Source: Macrostomum lignano
Lineage: Eukaryota
DNA: 63,821 bases
NCBI GenBank assembly: GCA_002269645.1
Contig: NIVC01000148.1
Coordinates: 1 to 63,821 of the forward strand
Direction of reading: 5' to 3'
Shown: positions 38,932 through 62,643 of the stretch, piece by piece
Position numbering within the stretch: the stretch's first letter is position 1
Layout: every line of letters starts with the position of its first letter
Notes under the pieces: model-generated
Told to the model about the DNA's origin: nothing
The model's database searches: none
What the model saw: the letters and a program-made list of their open reading frames with translations, nothing else
Position numbers and translations under genes: made by a program

Positions 38932-41323
38932 AAAGGCAGTGCTTATCCCCACGGTACCGTAAGAATAATTTCTGTCTTATTCCAATAGTACCATGGGGAT
39001 AATTTTCTGCTTATCTGCATGGCACACTGACGAGATAGCTGCCCTATTTTTTACATATGCTGTGGGTTCATAATTTAGAGTTTAGTACTTATGGTTTAAG
39101 TGCAATATAACAACATAACTTTGCTTGGCCATTAGTTTTATAGAATTACGAGGCCAACTCCTCCGATGGAGGAGAAAGGGGAAGAACTCCCATCACCAGA
39201 ATTCCATTCCCTGAAATCCATCAGCTGAATCCCATGACCCGAATCCCATTATCCAACTCCTCTTTGAAGACAAAAAATCCTCTCCGTGAAACTGAACACC
39301 AATAAAATCCGCTCCACGAAACAGAAATCCTCTCTGTGAAACTAAAAACCATCGAAATCCTTTCCGTAAAACTGGACTAAATTGAAATTTTCTCCATCAA
39401 AAAGAACTCAACTCTCAGGGTTCAGTGCCATCAGTGGTTAGGTTTAGGGTTAGAGCTGCACATAGCTGCGGGTTGAAAGGCGTCAATAAGAATATTAAAC
39501 TAATTGAATCAATTTATTGCGCAACCAATTTCTCATTTAGTCAGTATCAGGCTCAGGTAAAGTTAACAAAATGATTGCACAATCTAAATCAACCCTCCAA
39601 TACACAGTGGCAGTAAGAAGTTGAATCCTCCCCCGACTTTATCTATTACGTCTCGCGAAAATGAGTACAATCTTTGCAGAAAGTTAAAAGATTGGAAATA
39701 GTTTTTGAATGCTGTCCTTTTTGTTTTCATATTTAAAGCAAACAACTTATACCTCCAAACTCAGTGTTGCAAGCTCTTTCCGGCAATATAAGTCTCTTCT
39801 CTTAAAGTTTAGAACTCAAAGAGCAGTTAGTGTTTACAACTTTCCAATTTAAAGCATTGAAATATCGAGTGTACGCTTACCACCTGTTAAAGCGACTTGC
39901 AAGTTATGCAATGAATTTCACTGTCCTACAATACACAGGGCTTCATATTGAAAGGCAGAACAACTTAACAGTAGCCAAATCATTGCACAATCATCTATAC
40001 AGTGCGCCAGTGAGCCAGGGTCTAAGTGTATACACGCAGCCACTTAGAACGCCCCATCCCCAAACTGGAGAGAAATGCACTGGCAAGATAGGAGAAAGTT
40101 ATGGCGCAAGCAATTAAAATTGATGCATTTTATCAGCTCCGAGCAGAAAGAGGGGACAAATAAGATTATCAAAGGTCAAGATTGCAGTTTTCTGCTTTTT
40201 TAAGGATCTTAACAATCGAAAATAAAATATTAAAATAGCCTATAGCCTGACCCGGAAAATTTGCAGTTTCACCATATGTTTCAACGCTGACTTGCCAGTA
40301 TTCTAGGAGAAAAATTGCAACACACAGACAAACAGACAAACAGACAAACATCGCACTACTTTTAGTATTAAGAGAGATTCCAGCAATATAAGTTTCTCCT
40401 CTCAAAGTTTAAAACTCGAGGAACAGTTAGCGTTTGAAATTTACCAATTTCCGGACTGCTTGCTAGAGAAGCTCGCAAGTTTATTCATTGAATTTCACTG
40501 CCAAACTAATACACAGGGCTGCCTATGGAAAAAAAGTGCCAATAATAAAACCAATTGAATCTCGACACAGTCTATCTGTTTATACTGTACAACTGCTATG
40601 TACACTTAGCCCAATCCCAACCCCCGTTCTGGGGGAAGCATTAAATTTAACTCAACCCCCCAACACGCGGGGGTTTTATTTGCATTGAACCCAGAACACG
40701 CGTACCCACTACCCCTCAATACACAGTGGCCCGCAGGCGGAGGTTAGGGTGGCTATTTTTACAAACTGGCTGCAGCCCTAGGCAGAGTGGCCAAAGAAGG
40801 TTATTGGGGGTTAAAAAAGCAGTTTGCTGCTTTTTTAGGGATGTTAAAATGTGAAAATTAAAAATTAAAATAGCCTAAAGCCTGCTCTGGAAAATTTGCA
40901 GTTTTCCCATATAAGTTTTGACACTGACTTGGCAGAATTGTAGGAGTTCACTTACAACACACATACACACAAACATTGTGTCAGCTTTAGTATTAAAGAA
41001 AGATTTAATGGCCTTTTTATGCAAAAAACACTTTTTGTAATTATGACGTATGATTTAAGGTAAATTGCTCTAGTAATTGTTTATAATTTTATTTTTAGCA
41101 ACTAGTCTAATCCGCGAGATCCCCAAAAAGTCCATTGCCACTTTTATAGACTTTTATTAGACATGTAAATTCTTAATTTGTTTGTATAGATTATTGTATT
41201 GCTTCAACAATTCGCCCTATCTTGTCAGTGTGCCGTGCGGATAAGCAGAAAATTATCCCTATGGTACTGTTGGAATAAGACAGAAATTATTTCTACGGTA
41301 CCGTGGGGATAAGCACTGCCTTT
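38932..41323. mobile_element. ~2.4-kb non-autonomous element with ~105-bp TIRs
   Basis: 38935-39038 (ggcagtgcttatccccacggtaccgt...) is the near-perfect reverse complement of 41217-41320. Flanks are tttata/tataaa; no transposase ORF inside. Confidence 0.75.
40230..41008 (+). mobile_element. Two diverged direct copies of a ~145-bp element end, resembling Helentron/DINE-type termini
   Basis: 40230-40380 and 40867-41008 share aaaatagcct..ggaaaatttgcagttt..(acagacaa / acacacat)..ctttagtattaa.a.agatt. The class assignment is by resemblance only. Confidence 0.35.
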
Positions 41324-41830
41324 ATAAAATTGATACACAAACTGGTTCTTAAAAATCAATTTCCTGAAAAATACTGTTTTTAAAAACAGTTAACCAGTCA
41401 ATCAAATAAGCATAGTTTTTGGCATTCCTAATACTAAAAGGAATTACATAACAAAATAGAGTAGTACAAATGATTGCATAACAAAATGGAGTAGTACAAA
41501 TGATTGCATAACAAAATAGAATAGTACAAATGATTGTATAACAAAAGATTGCCATCATATGAATATTTTGAAAATTGTACAATGTAGCTTGTATCTTATA
41601 CTTATAGTTTAGTTTAGCCACATAGCCTAGGCTGACTATAGTTTTTTGCAAATCAACTTAATCAATTATAAGTATCAATTGCTCTAAGTCTAAATAAATA
41701 AACATCTTTTCTTATATACATCACATATATGTATACTAGCTTCCCATAGATATCAGAGCTATGCATATGAGGAGAAAAAAAACTATTGGCAATTCTTATA
41801 TTGCATGATCAAATAGCTTGTCTAAGCATA

Positions 41831-43487
41831 CAGTCATGCACAAAAGTAAGTATACCCCAAGCAAAAATTAAGAAAAACTGTTAAAATTTCTGAACCGTCA
41901 GCTGTATTACAACAAAACTACATCACAATGTTCCTTATTGACTGGCATTTATTTTGACACATCAAGCTTTGAAAAACTCTTTGTGGCTACGGAGCTATGG
42001 CCAAAAATGCTCAAAAACACCTGTGCAAAAGTAAGTACACCCTGCCCTTTACTACCAGTATAACCTCCTCTGTGCAGATGCGAGCCACCATAAGTACATT
42101 GCCAGCCGCCTCACTGCCTGTTACGTCACCAGCGACTTTAGTCCTGCTTGCCCCTGCCCTCAATCGGCTCAGCTACTGGTTTTCATGCTACTATAAAGCT
42201 CATGTGCAATGCAGCCGCTTCGTCATTGACTTGATACACGCCAGGACAATGCCAAGAGGCCAGGAGCTGTCAGTTCAGTTAAGAAATCGCATTGTAGCAG
42301 CTCACGATAGTGGCGATGGCTACAAGTGGATATCGACTGCCTTCAATGTGCATGTATCAACGGTTAGGCGCATCATCGCAAAGTACAAGCAGCACGGCAC
42401 CACAGTATCTCTGCCTCGCAGTGGCCGGCTAAGCAAAATTTCAGCTCGCGCGCTGCGCAAACTCACGCAAGAAGTCAGCCAAAACCCAAATGCAACATCA
42501 TGCAAGCTGCAGCAGATGCTGAATGCAGCTGGCTTATTGCCGCACAGGACTACTGTTCGCCGAGCCCTAAACCGCGTGGGCCTCCGCAGCTGCATTCCAA
42601 GAAAAAAGCCTCTGCTGCAGCAGCGACATCGCGATGCTAGGCTGCAGTTCGCTAATGCAATGCTGAGCAAGCCGGACAGCTACTGGCAGTCAGTGCTTTG
42701 GACTGATAAAACCAAGATTGAGCTGTTCGGCAGGAATGAGAAGCAGCGCGTGTGGCGCAAGCCAAACACCTCATTTGAGCAGAAACACCTGAAGCCGACA
42801 GTCAAGCACAGAGGCAGCAGCATCATGCTGTGGGGCTGCTTTGCAGCTGCTGGCACCGGCAGGCTGATGCACATCACCGAGAAGATGAATTCGGCTGTGT
42901 ATCAGCAGATCCTTGACGAAAACCTGCAGCCATCAGTGCATGACCTCGGTCTTAGACGAGCTTGGACACTGCAGCAGGACAATGACCCCAAGCACACGAG
43001 CGCTGCAACTTGGCGATGGCTGCAGCAGAGGCGCATCAAGGTCATGGAGTGGCCAAGCCAGAGCCCTAACCTGAACCCGATCGAGATGCTGTGGACGGAT
43101 CTCAAGAAGATGGTTCACGCGAGGAAGCCGAAGAATCTGCGGGAATTGGCCGAATTCTGCATTGAGGAGTGGCGGAAAGTGCCCGCTGAAAGGTGCGCTG
43201 CCCTGGTGAATGGCTACCGCAAGCGGCTCTTGGCTGTGGTGGCTGCATGAGGCGGAGCTACAAAGTATTAAGACAGGGTGTACTTACTTTTGCACAGGTG
43301 TGTTTGAGCATTTTTGGCCATAGCTCCGTAGCCACAAAGAGTTTTTCAAAGCTTGATGTGTCAAAATAAATGCCAGTCAATAAGGAACATTGTGATTCAG
43401 TTTAGTTGTAATACAGCTGACGGTTCAGAAATTTTAACAGTTTTTCTCAATTTTTGCTTGGGGTGTACTTACTTTTGTGCATGACTG
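41831..43487 (+). mobile_element. Tc1/mariner DNA transposon, IR/DR type, full length (1657 bp)
   Basis: TA target duplications at 41829-41830 and 43488-43489. ~214-bp TIRs (41831-42044; 43274-43487), each with outer and inner direct repeats caaaagtaagta(t/c)accc. Confidence 0.95.
42249..43271 (+). pseudogene. Tc1 DD34E transposase, near-intact, premature TGA 7 codons before the expected end
   Basis: Paired-like HTH, GRxxK, RKKPLL, WTD, QQDNDPKH...NPIE with 34-residue spacing. Reads ..VVAA*GGATKY* (TGA at 43248-43250). Confidence 0.85.
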
Positions 43488-44003
43488 TAGACTTTAGGGT
43501 GAATTCATTGAGAATCGGCCTAGGAAAAAGCTTTATCTTTAAAAGAAATAGAAAATCAATCTATAAATAAAAAACAGCTTGCTGTAAAAATATAGAAAAA
43601 TTACACCCCAGTAAAACAGTGAATAATAAGTAATGAGGCAGTCGATTAGCAATAGAATGAAAGAAAGCAGAAAAGGTTGTTTTCGTCATTTTAGAGAGCA
43701 AAATTCATTTGCAAGGTTAAAGCAATTTAAAACAGATATTTGTCAAAGAGTAAAATAACCTAAAATATCATTAAATGCAATTAAAAAAGTTTTGAAAAGC
43801 TATTTGCAATTACAAACCTTTTAAAGCCATAAATAGTTCGTTTTCAAAAGTGTTTTTGTTTTACGGTGCTGCTAGTGTAAATAAATTTTGACAAGAAATT
43901 TCTGCAAACATTTTTTTAATTTGGAGGGTCAGCGACGTGCCGCCGGTTTTTGTGGATGCAATAGAAATATATTACATTGATTAAAAAGGTTTGAAAAGGA
44001 ACT

Positions 44004-55249
<11,246 letters not shown>

Positions 55250-56044
55250 CCGCCCTCTGGTAGCCGTTCGACATTTCTGCTCCCATGCAGTAATTTGAAT
55301 TCGCTCCGGGAGTCCTGCTAAAGTTTTCCAAGACCGTCCCATTCTTCTAATTTGAGTGATCGTTTGAGTGAGCTCAAGTTCACTGTTCTCACCCTCGTTG
55401 CACTTGGTAAATTGTGCAAATATCGCTGCAGATCGGATTTTGGTGCAAATAGTTCATATTGCATTGTAAGTTATGCGCAAGGTTTAAAACAGGCACCATT
55501 ATAGTTTAACGGGGCGCAAAACTCAAAGATCGTGTACATTTTAGAGGCCTATTTCTTAGAAAAATACGAGTACCCTGCGGAGATAAGAAAAAATAGCATA
55601 TTGTGCATGTTAAATTAAAATAATGGCAATCCCCACTGCTCCAAATGAAATGCAATCAGGGATTTTGTTATCTACGTCCTGTTATACTACAGTGGTCCTT
55701 GGCTGAAAATGAAGAGAGAACATTTTAGTAGGCAGGTTTTACTAAAAAAAAGCATTACGGAGAATGAAAGTTATCATTTCATCAGCACAAAGAATGTTAC
55801 TGCTTTTGATGGGAGGAGGACTCGATGTTTATCTTTTGATATGCCTTGCCTTTCTTACGAGTATGGCTCTATTGATATTCATGGAGCTTTTCGTTTGTAA
55901 AATTAGGATTCTGTGTTAAATTTATATCTTACGTGCATGTCATATGCCTAAAAAAATCATAAAAAATAGCAGAACTCGACTCATATGGGATTTATTAACC
56001 TATTTTATCATTCTGCTACACCTTTTGTTGCACATTTATTAAGG

Positions 56045-56323
56045 CTTTGTAGCCTAGAACTCACGACTTAAAGGTCGGGGGTTCGATTCTTGACCCACTC
56101 GGAACAATTTGTGTCATTGAGCAAGAGACACTTAACTCTGCATTGCTTCAGTTCACCCAGCTGTAAAATGGGTGCCAGCATTAGCTGGGGTAATTGAGGC
56201 TGTGTGTGGCGACCCCCCAGTCCTTGGACTGAACAGCCGTACGCAGCCTTCAGATGCGCCGTGCAATAGCTGCGGCTGAGCTGTCGGTTGCACATCTGGC
56301 CATTAGGGCAGGTTATTATTATT
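56045..56323 (+). mobile_element. tRNA-derived SINE, near full length
   Basis: B-box ggttcgattc at ~56080, core gagcaagagacacttaac..cacccagctgtaaaatgggtg and a (TTA)n tail. Confidence 0.85.
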
Positions 56324-57643
56324 AAGGTAAGAATTATAGAATGAACTCATAAAACCAATGCCATTTTTTTATTTTCAGGCACAGTGCACTTGTACGTAGG
56401 ATATAAAATAAACGTAGAATCCTAATTTCATAAACGAACAGCTTCATGAATATCAATAAAGCTTTAAGAAAGACAAGACAGATCAAAAGATGATCATTGG
56501 GTCTGCCTCCTATCAAAAGCAATGACAATGTTTTGTACTGAAAAAATGAAAGCCTATTTATGTAAAAAAAATTTCTCGGTATAACCTGCCTCTTAAATTT
56601 TAAAAGAAACGTACTTTCCCGTCCTTCTAGTTGAGTAGTCCTTGAACTTTGAATGGAAATTTAGTGCCAATAATTAACTGAAAACTTCAGCTTGTATATC
56701 GCTAAATGCATTTTTGCATTCAACTACCTACAATGGCGTACTTTTAAAATGGTCAACAGATACTCATCAATGCAGCCCGAGGTGTTTGCAAATCTTAGTT
56801 GGTAGCAGCTGCTCCCAGCCTGAGTTGAGTGCACGGGGAAGGTTAGATCTGGCTCGTGCAGTGTTGCCCAGTCAGGCAAATACCGGATGCAGGGCTTGCC
56901 ATTTCCGCTCACGCTAGCGCAGCGGGAGCAGGGGGCCCTAAGCGCCATATAGTGGTCGGCCTTCACGCAATGCTTTTCTCTTTAAGATATGCTTTTTGTC
57001 TTTCCTTTGAATAATTTTTTGCATTGAGGCGCTTGTCAAATGTGGGGTGAATTTGCAGAAATTTGGTCAGCCTCTTTTTTCTCTTTTTTTTTCGCCGTAA
57101 TCGTCTGCCTTTCTTTGCCGAGTTTCTCCAGGTGTTGTTCGGCTGTCAGCTGCTGATGAAAAAAATTACTTTCGATTTTCTCTGCTTTTCCCAGACTCTT
57201 TTTTATTGGTTAATTCACTTGTTTTGCTTGCTCTTTGCTTTGCTATGCTCAACTAGTTGGGGTCCAGTTTACACACTCCCCCCCACAAATATATTGAACT
57301 GCTCTGGTCACTGCTGTTATTAGAAGAGTAAAATCCATATTGGCAAAATGACATCGTGCCCTCATTTGTATTGGCCTCGGAGTTGATTTCCAACTTGATT
57401 GATCAGTCCGATGCAGATAATGAGGACATGAAGCAACAGGAATGGCCGCGATAACGCATATGGGGGAAATACACCTCAAAGATAGTAGGATCGCCAAAAA
57501 ACATGAGAACTTATAGGAATATGCTATCAATCTAGTAGGATTCATCTTAATTCATCATATAATAGCGCATTGTACTTCTTATAGAGAATAAAATACCTCA
57601 TATTGGGAGATTTGTGAGCATGGTGAGCACGAGTTACTCATTG

Positions 57644-60600
57644 TCAAGCATGCAGACTGTCTGAGTAGTTGACCAGGCAGGCATCTCCACAGCTGCCGTT
57701 CACCCAATCCCGCACCTTCAGCATGGCGATGCACTGCTCCACGTGTGGCCTCTCCTGTAGTTACCAAGACAATGTGGGATTGAGCTATGTTTCCTTTGCA
57801 TGAGTTGTCCATGAGTAGAGAGTACAAGATGCAGTCAAACATGACTTAGAAAAGAAGAGATGAGAGCCAATCAGAAAGCAGTGAGGAGAGAGGGAAGAGA
57901 ACATAAGCATGAGCACACAGGCGTAGGAAACGCACCACCCCCGCCTCACTCACCAGCACTGCGTGGTGCGTCATCTGCCGGATGAGAAAATCCACGCTCT
58001 TGTTGCCGTCCAGCAGAGCCGGCGCGAACTCCGGCGAGCCAGCAGGCGCGGAGGTGCCGTAGTAGCACTCCCACAGCATCACTCCCAGGGCAAACACGTC
58101 CGACTTGATGGAGTACTGCGGCCTGGGCGGCACCAGCTCGGGCGCCAGGTAGCCCTTCGTGCCTGCGAAGCTCGCCCCGGACATGGCCTCTTCGTTCTTG
58201 GCGAAGCCGAAGTCGCAGATGCGCAGCCGGGCGTCGCGTGGCGCGCCCGTAGCCTCGCCGATGTCGACGAGCACGTTCTCCAGCTTGAGGTCGCGGTGCA
58301 GGATGCGCAGCCGGTGCAAGTGCCGGACGCCAGCGAGAACCTGCTGGTAGAGGCCGAGACAGACGGGCAAGACGGCGTCCGGGTCGTCCGCCACCGCGGG
58401 CACCAGCTGCTTCCGGTGCTGCTTCAACAGTTGACGAAGGTTGCCCTTACACAGCGGCATCATGAGGCCGATGCGGTTCAGCCTGGGAAAGTACAGGCAG
58501 CCTAGGCCGGGCAGCAGGTTCGGGTGCGGGTCATCGGCCAGCTCTCGGAGCATCTCTGCCTCGAGCAGCGCCGAGGCTGCCATGTTCGACCGGATCAGCT
58601 TCAGTGCCAGAGGCGGCTGCTGCTGGGGCAGGGCGAAAACTTCCGAGAAGTATGTGCTGCCGATTCGTTCGCCAATGAGCATCGCGTCCTCGACCTCGGT
58701 GCTAATGCCGAGGCGTCTGCAGCTCTCCGGTGGCAGCATTCCGTCGCCCAGCTGCACCGCTCCGTAGAGCTTGGCATCGGCGATGAGGTTCTGCAGGCGG
58801 ACGTAGAGATTTTCGAGCTCCCCCAGCTGCCTTGAAGGGTCAAGCTGGTGCTGCTGCATAGTCTGCTGCGGAGCCTTCTCCGGCAGAATGCAGTACCGGT
58901 CCACAAACTTGCTCATCTTGTCAACGTCCTGCTGTAGGAAGCGTCGCGTGGGCACAAAGAAGTTTTTGTTGATGAAGTTTTTGGAGAGTTTGTCCAAGTA
59001 GTCCCAGGCGTCGTCGCGCAGCTTCTCGGGTGACTCGTGCGCGCTCCTTCGCTTTGGTGCCCGTCGTTTCGACGGCTGCCGGCGGATTGCGGACACCGGC
59101 CAGATGATAGCCATTGTGATGGCAGCCAGCGGGACGAACAGCGGCATGCCGATGCCCACCGCCAAGCTCTGCGCCATACTGGACCGCATCGGCTGCCAGC
59201 CCAGCTGCCGGATGCCCACGCTGATGACCGTCTGGCTGCTCAAACTCCCCTCAAAATCCTCGCCACCGCCGACCATCTCGAAGGCGGCACCGGAAGTTGA
59301 AGCCGAGGACGACTGCGTCGGAGACGGGGGCGGCGGCGCGCAAAACGAGTCGGAGGGGACGCAGAAAAGCAGCTCAGGGATGCACTGCGCCTGCTGCCGC
59401 AGGGCCCGAAGGTGCTGAACTCGTGACTCGGCGATGCAGCGGTCCAGCTCACTCAGAATCCGGGTGTGCCGGTTCCAGCCGTGCAGTTCCGCTGATACCA
59501 TTTCCATGAGGGACCGCTGTAGCTGCTCCTTGCTCAGCTGCGGGTGCCGCAGGCTGTGCGCAACATAGGCCGAAGCGAGACGGTCTTTGACCTCCTGCTG
59601 GCGCAGGTGGGCCTGGATCTGCTCTGACAGTTTGCCAAGGCGGCTTTCAAACGAGCGCTGAAAGCTGCTCGCCGCTTTGCCCGCCGACTCCTGCAGTCGC
59701 TGCAAGTCGCCGAAGAAGCTGCGCTGCGGCCGGCGCTGCTCCTGGCCGGAGAAGTCATTTGAGCGCCGCTTGACGAGGATTCCCGCGTCACTGCGTTGAG
59801 CGCGGTGAGGCTCTTCACCAGCTGCCGCAGGCTGTCTCGCTGCAGCTGGCTCAGCTGCTCGCTCAGCAGGCCGTCCAGCTGCCAATCGCCATCGACTAAA
59901 AGGCGATGCCGTCGCTCCTCCGAGTCTTTCACAAAGTCGCGTAGAGCCGCGTCAACCAGGCCGCGGCTCGTCTCGATGAAGTCCGGACAGACCCTGGCGT
60001 CGATGGCGAACCGCAGCTGGCTCTGCTTCAGCGCGACAGTCGCCTGGGTGTCATCCAAGTGCAGCAGTACGCCGTGCTCAACGGCCTCCCCGATCTCGCT
60101 CTCCGCCTCGCCGGCGTCTTCGTCAGAGGACAGGCGCTGCAGGAAGATCGCGCAGCTTGGCATGAATCGGCGCAGTCGGCGGCGTGTGTACGGCGTCAGA
60201 AGCGGCGCCAGCACCAGCCGCAGGCTGTCTAGGCCGGGGCAGTTCGCCCGCAGCTCCCAGTCGTCAAACACGTCATCGTATTCGACGCAGTCTCCGGTGT
60301 CCGATTCGTCTTCGTCGCTGCTGGCAGTCTGGGCCTCGGCCAGCCACTGCAGGGCGGCCACCCAGTCGATGAAGCTTCGCTGCCGCAGGTCGCCCGCATC
60401 GCCTGGCCGCTGCCGGTGAAGTCGACGGCGTTTCACCACGGCGACGCGGCCGTCGTCAGGCAGAGCGGGGTCGTGCTCCAGCCACAGCAGGCCGCCGTTC
60501 GCTGGCACTCGCCGGCTGCGCAGCGCCTCCAGCGATTCGCCAATCTCGCCAGAGAAGCAAGCGGCCAGGTCGACGACCGCCCCTCGGCCGCTGAATAAGA

Positions 60601-60811
60601 GGCCCGGCCGGCGGTTCGCCAGCTCGGCTGAGGCCGCTTGCGAGGCCTCCGCTGACTGGGCCGCCTGCCGGCAGAGGCCGCGCTCCAGCAGAAGGCAGCC
60701 TTTGAGGCCGCTTTGGATCTCGCCGATGGCGCCGTTACAGTAGGCGGTGAGGCGCGACTGGGACTTGGCGAACTGGCCCAGGCAGCGCTGGACGGACTCG
60801 CTCAGCCGCAT
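57644..60811 (-). CDS. DSTYK-like protein: degenerate dynamin-like N-domain, helical region with hydrophobic hairpin, C-terminal protein kinase (one apparent -1 frameshift)
   Basis: Exons 60811-57954 (frameshift at ~59780-59784) and 57754-57644 (ERP subdomain XI). LALK, HRDLKLENVL, DFGFAKNEEAMSGASFAGT and APE. Acceptor ctcgcag lies just upstream (exon starts 60827). Confidence 0.75.
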
Positions 60812-60904
60812 GCCGGGATTGAATTGGCTGCGAGGGATGGGAAAAATTGTGCAGAACTTCAATTGCTAGTTTTATCCTTGCCGGTACTTGTACCCTAATG
60901 GACA

Positions 60905-61160
60905 ATTGTGCAACCGACAGCTCAGCCACAGCTATTGCGCGGCGCATCTGAGGGCTGGGTATGGCTGTTCAATCCAAGGACTGTGGGTCGCCACACACAG
61001 CCTCAATTACCCCAGCTAATGCTGGCACCCATTTTACAGCTGGGTGGACTGAAGCAATGCAGAGTTAAGTGTCTTGCTCAAGGACACAAATTGTTCCAGT
61101 GGGATCGGTAATCGAACCCCCGACCTTCAAGTTGTAACAACGCTCTAACTAAGCACTTGG
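60905..61160 (-). mobile_element. tRNA-derived SINE with intact head (A and B boxes)
   Basis: Minus strand reads ggttgtagccaagtgcttagttagagcg..ggttcgatt, followed by the same core as the 56045 copy. Confidence 0.85.
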
Positions 61161-61790
61161 CTACAACCCCCTAACAAGGCTATAATCCCCTAACTAGGCT
61201 ACAACCCCCTAACTAGGCTACAACCCCCTAACTAGGCTACAGCCCACTAACTAGGCTACAACCCCCTAACTAGGCTACAACCCCCTAACTAGGCTACAGC
61301 CCACTAACTAGGCTACAACCCCTAACGAGGCTACAGCCACTAACTAGGCTACAACCCCCTAACTAGGCTACAGCCCACTAACTAGGCTACAACCCCTAAC
61401 TAGGCTACAATCCCCTAACTAGGCTACAACCCCCTAACTAGGCTACAGCCCACTAACTAGGCTACAACCCCTAACGAGGCTACAGCCCACTAACTAGGCT
61501 ACAACCCCCTAACGAGGCTACAACCCCCTAACTAGGCTACAACCCACTAACTAGGCTACAACCCCCTAACTAGGCTACAACCCACTAACTAGGCTACAAC
61601 CCCCTAACTAGGCTACAGCCCACTAACTAGGCTACAACCCCCTAACGAGGCTACAACCCCCTAACTAGGCTACAACCCACTAACTAGGCTACAACCCCCT
61701 AACTAGGCTACAACCCACTAACTAGGCTACAACCCCCTAACTAGGCTACAACCCACTAACTAGGCTACAACCCCCTAACGAGGTTACAAC
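61158..61790. repeat. 19-20-bp minisatellite (ctaactaggctacaaccccc), ~32 copies, contiguous with the SINE head
   Basis: Direct reading. Confidence 0.95.
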
Positions 61791-62418
61791 TCCCTCGGTG
61801 CTTCAAACATGGCATCAACGCTAACGATGGCCTAATAGGCGCTCTTTGATGTCGTATCGATATAGAACTGAGCGCCATTTAACACCGTATTGCGCTCTTG
61901 AAAGTTTAGCAATCCAAGAGTGTGAAATAATACATTTTAAACTTTTCTTACCAATGAACTGAGCTGCACTGAAGCCAGAAGACTGCCTATAGTTACTGGT
62001 TGAAGCAAAAGCCACAACAAGGCGAACGGCGAATGTTTAAAAGGCGATAGATAAGATTACTGGCCCGAACACTTCGTGGCTTGAAAATTTTCACGTTTAT
62101 GCTATATAACTGCGCGGCCTCGCGGCTAGGGGAGGGTCGTCAGTCCAGCGTACATCTTCGTGTACATTCTCGATTAACCCACGGCTTCTTTCTAAACAGA
62201 AAACTTAGTGCCTTCAATGCTGAAAGCTGCCTAAAAGTGCTGACCAAGGAATATTTTTGTCGCTTTGGTCAAGCCTAATTCTCTTTCGAGGGCCTCCCGT
62301 GGAATTTTCCGCCCCTGATAATATCGTCATTGGTAAATAAAGCGCTGGTGCAATTCATTGACAACCGGTTTCAAGGATGGTCAGCAAAACAGGCTGATAA
62401 ACACATAAGATAATGCTC

Positions 62419-62643
<225 letters not shown>

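Noticed and set aside
41997-42248. 84-codon N-terminal extension of the Tc1 ORF
   Set aside because: It starts inside the left TIR, and transposase homology begins at the ATG at 42249.
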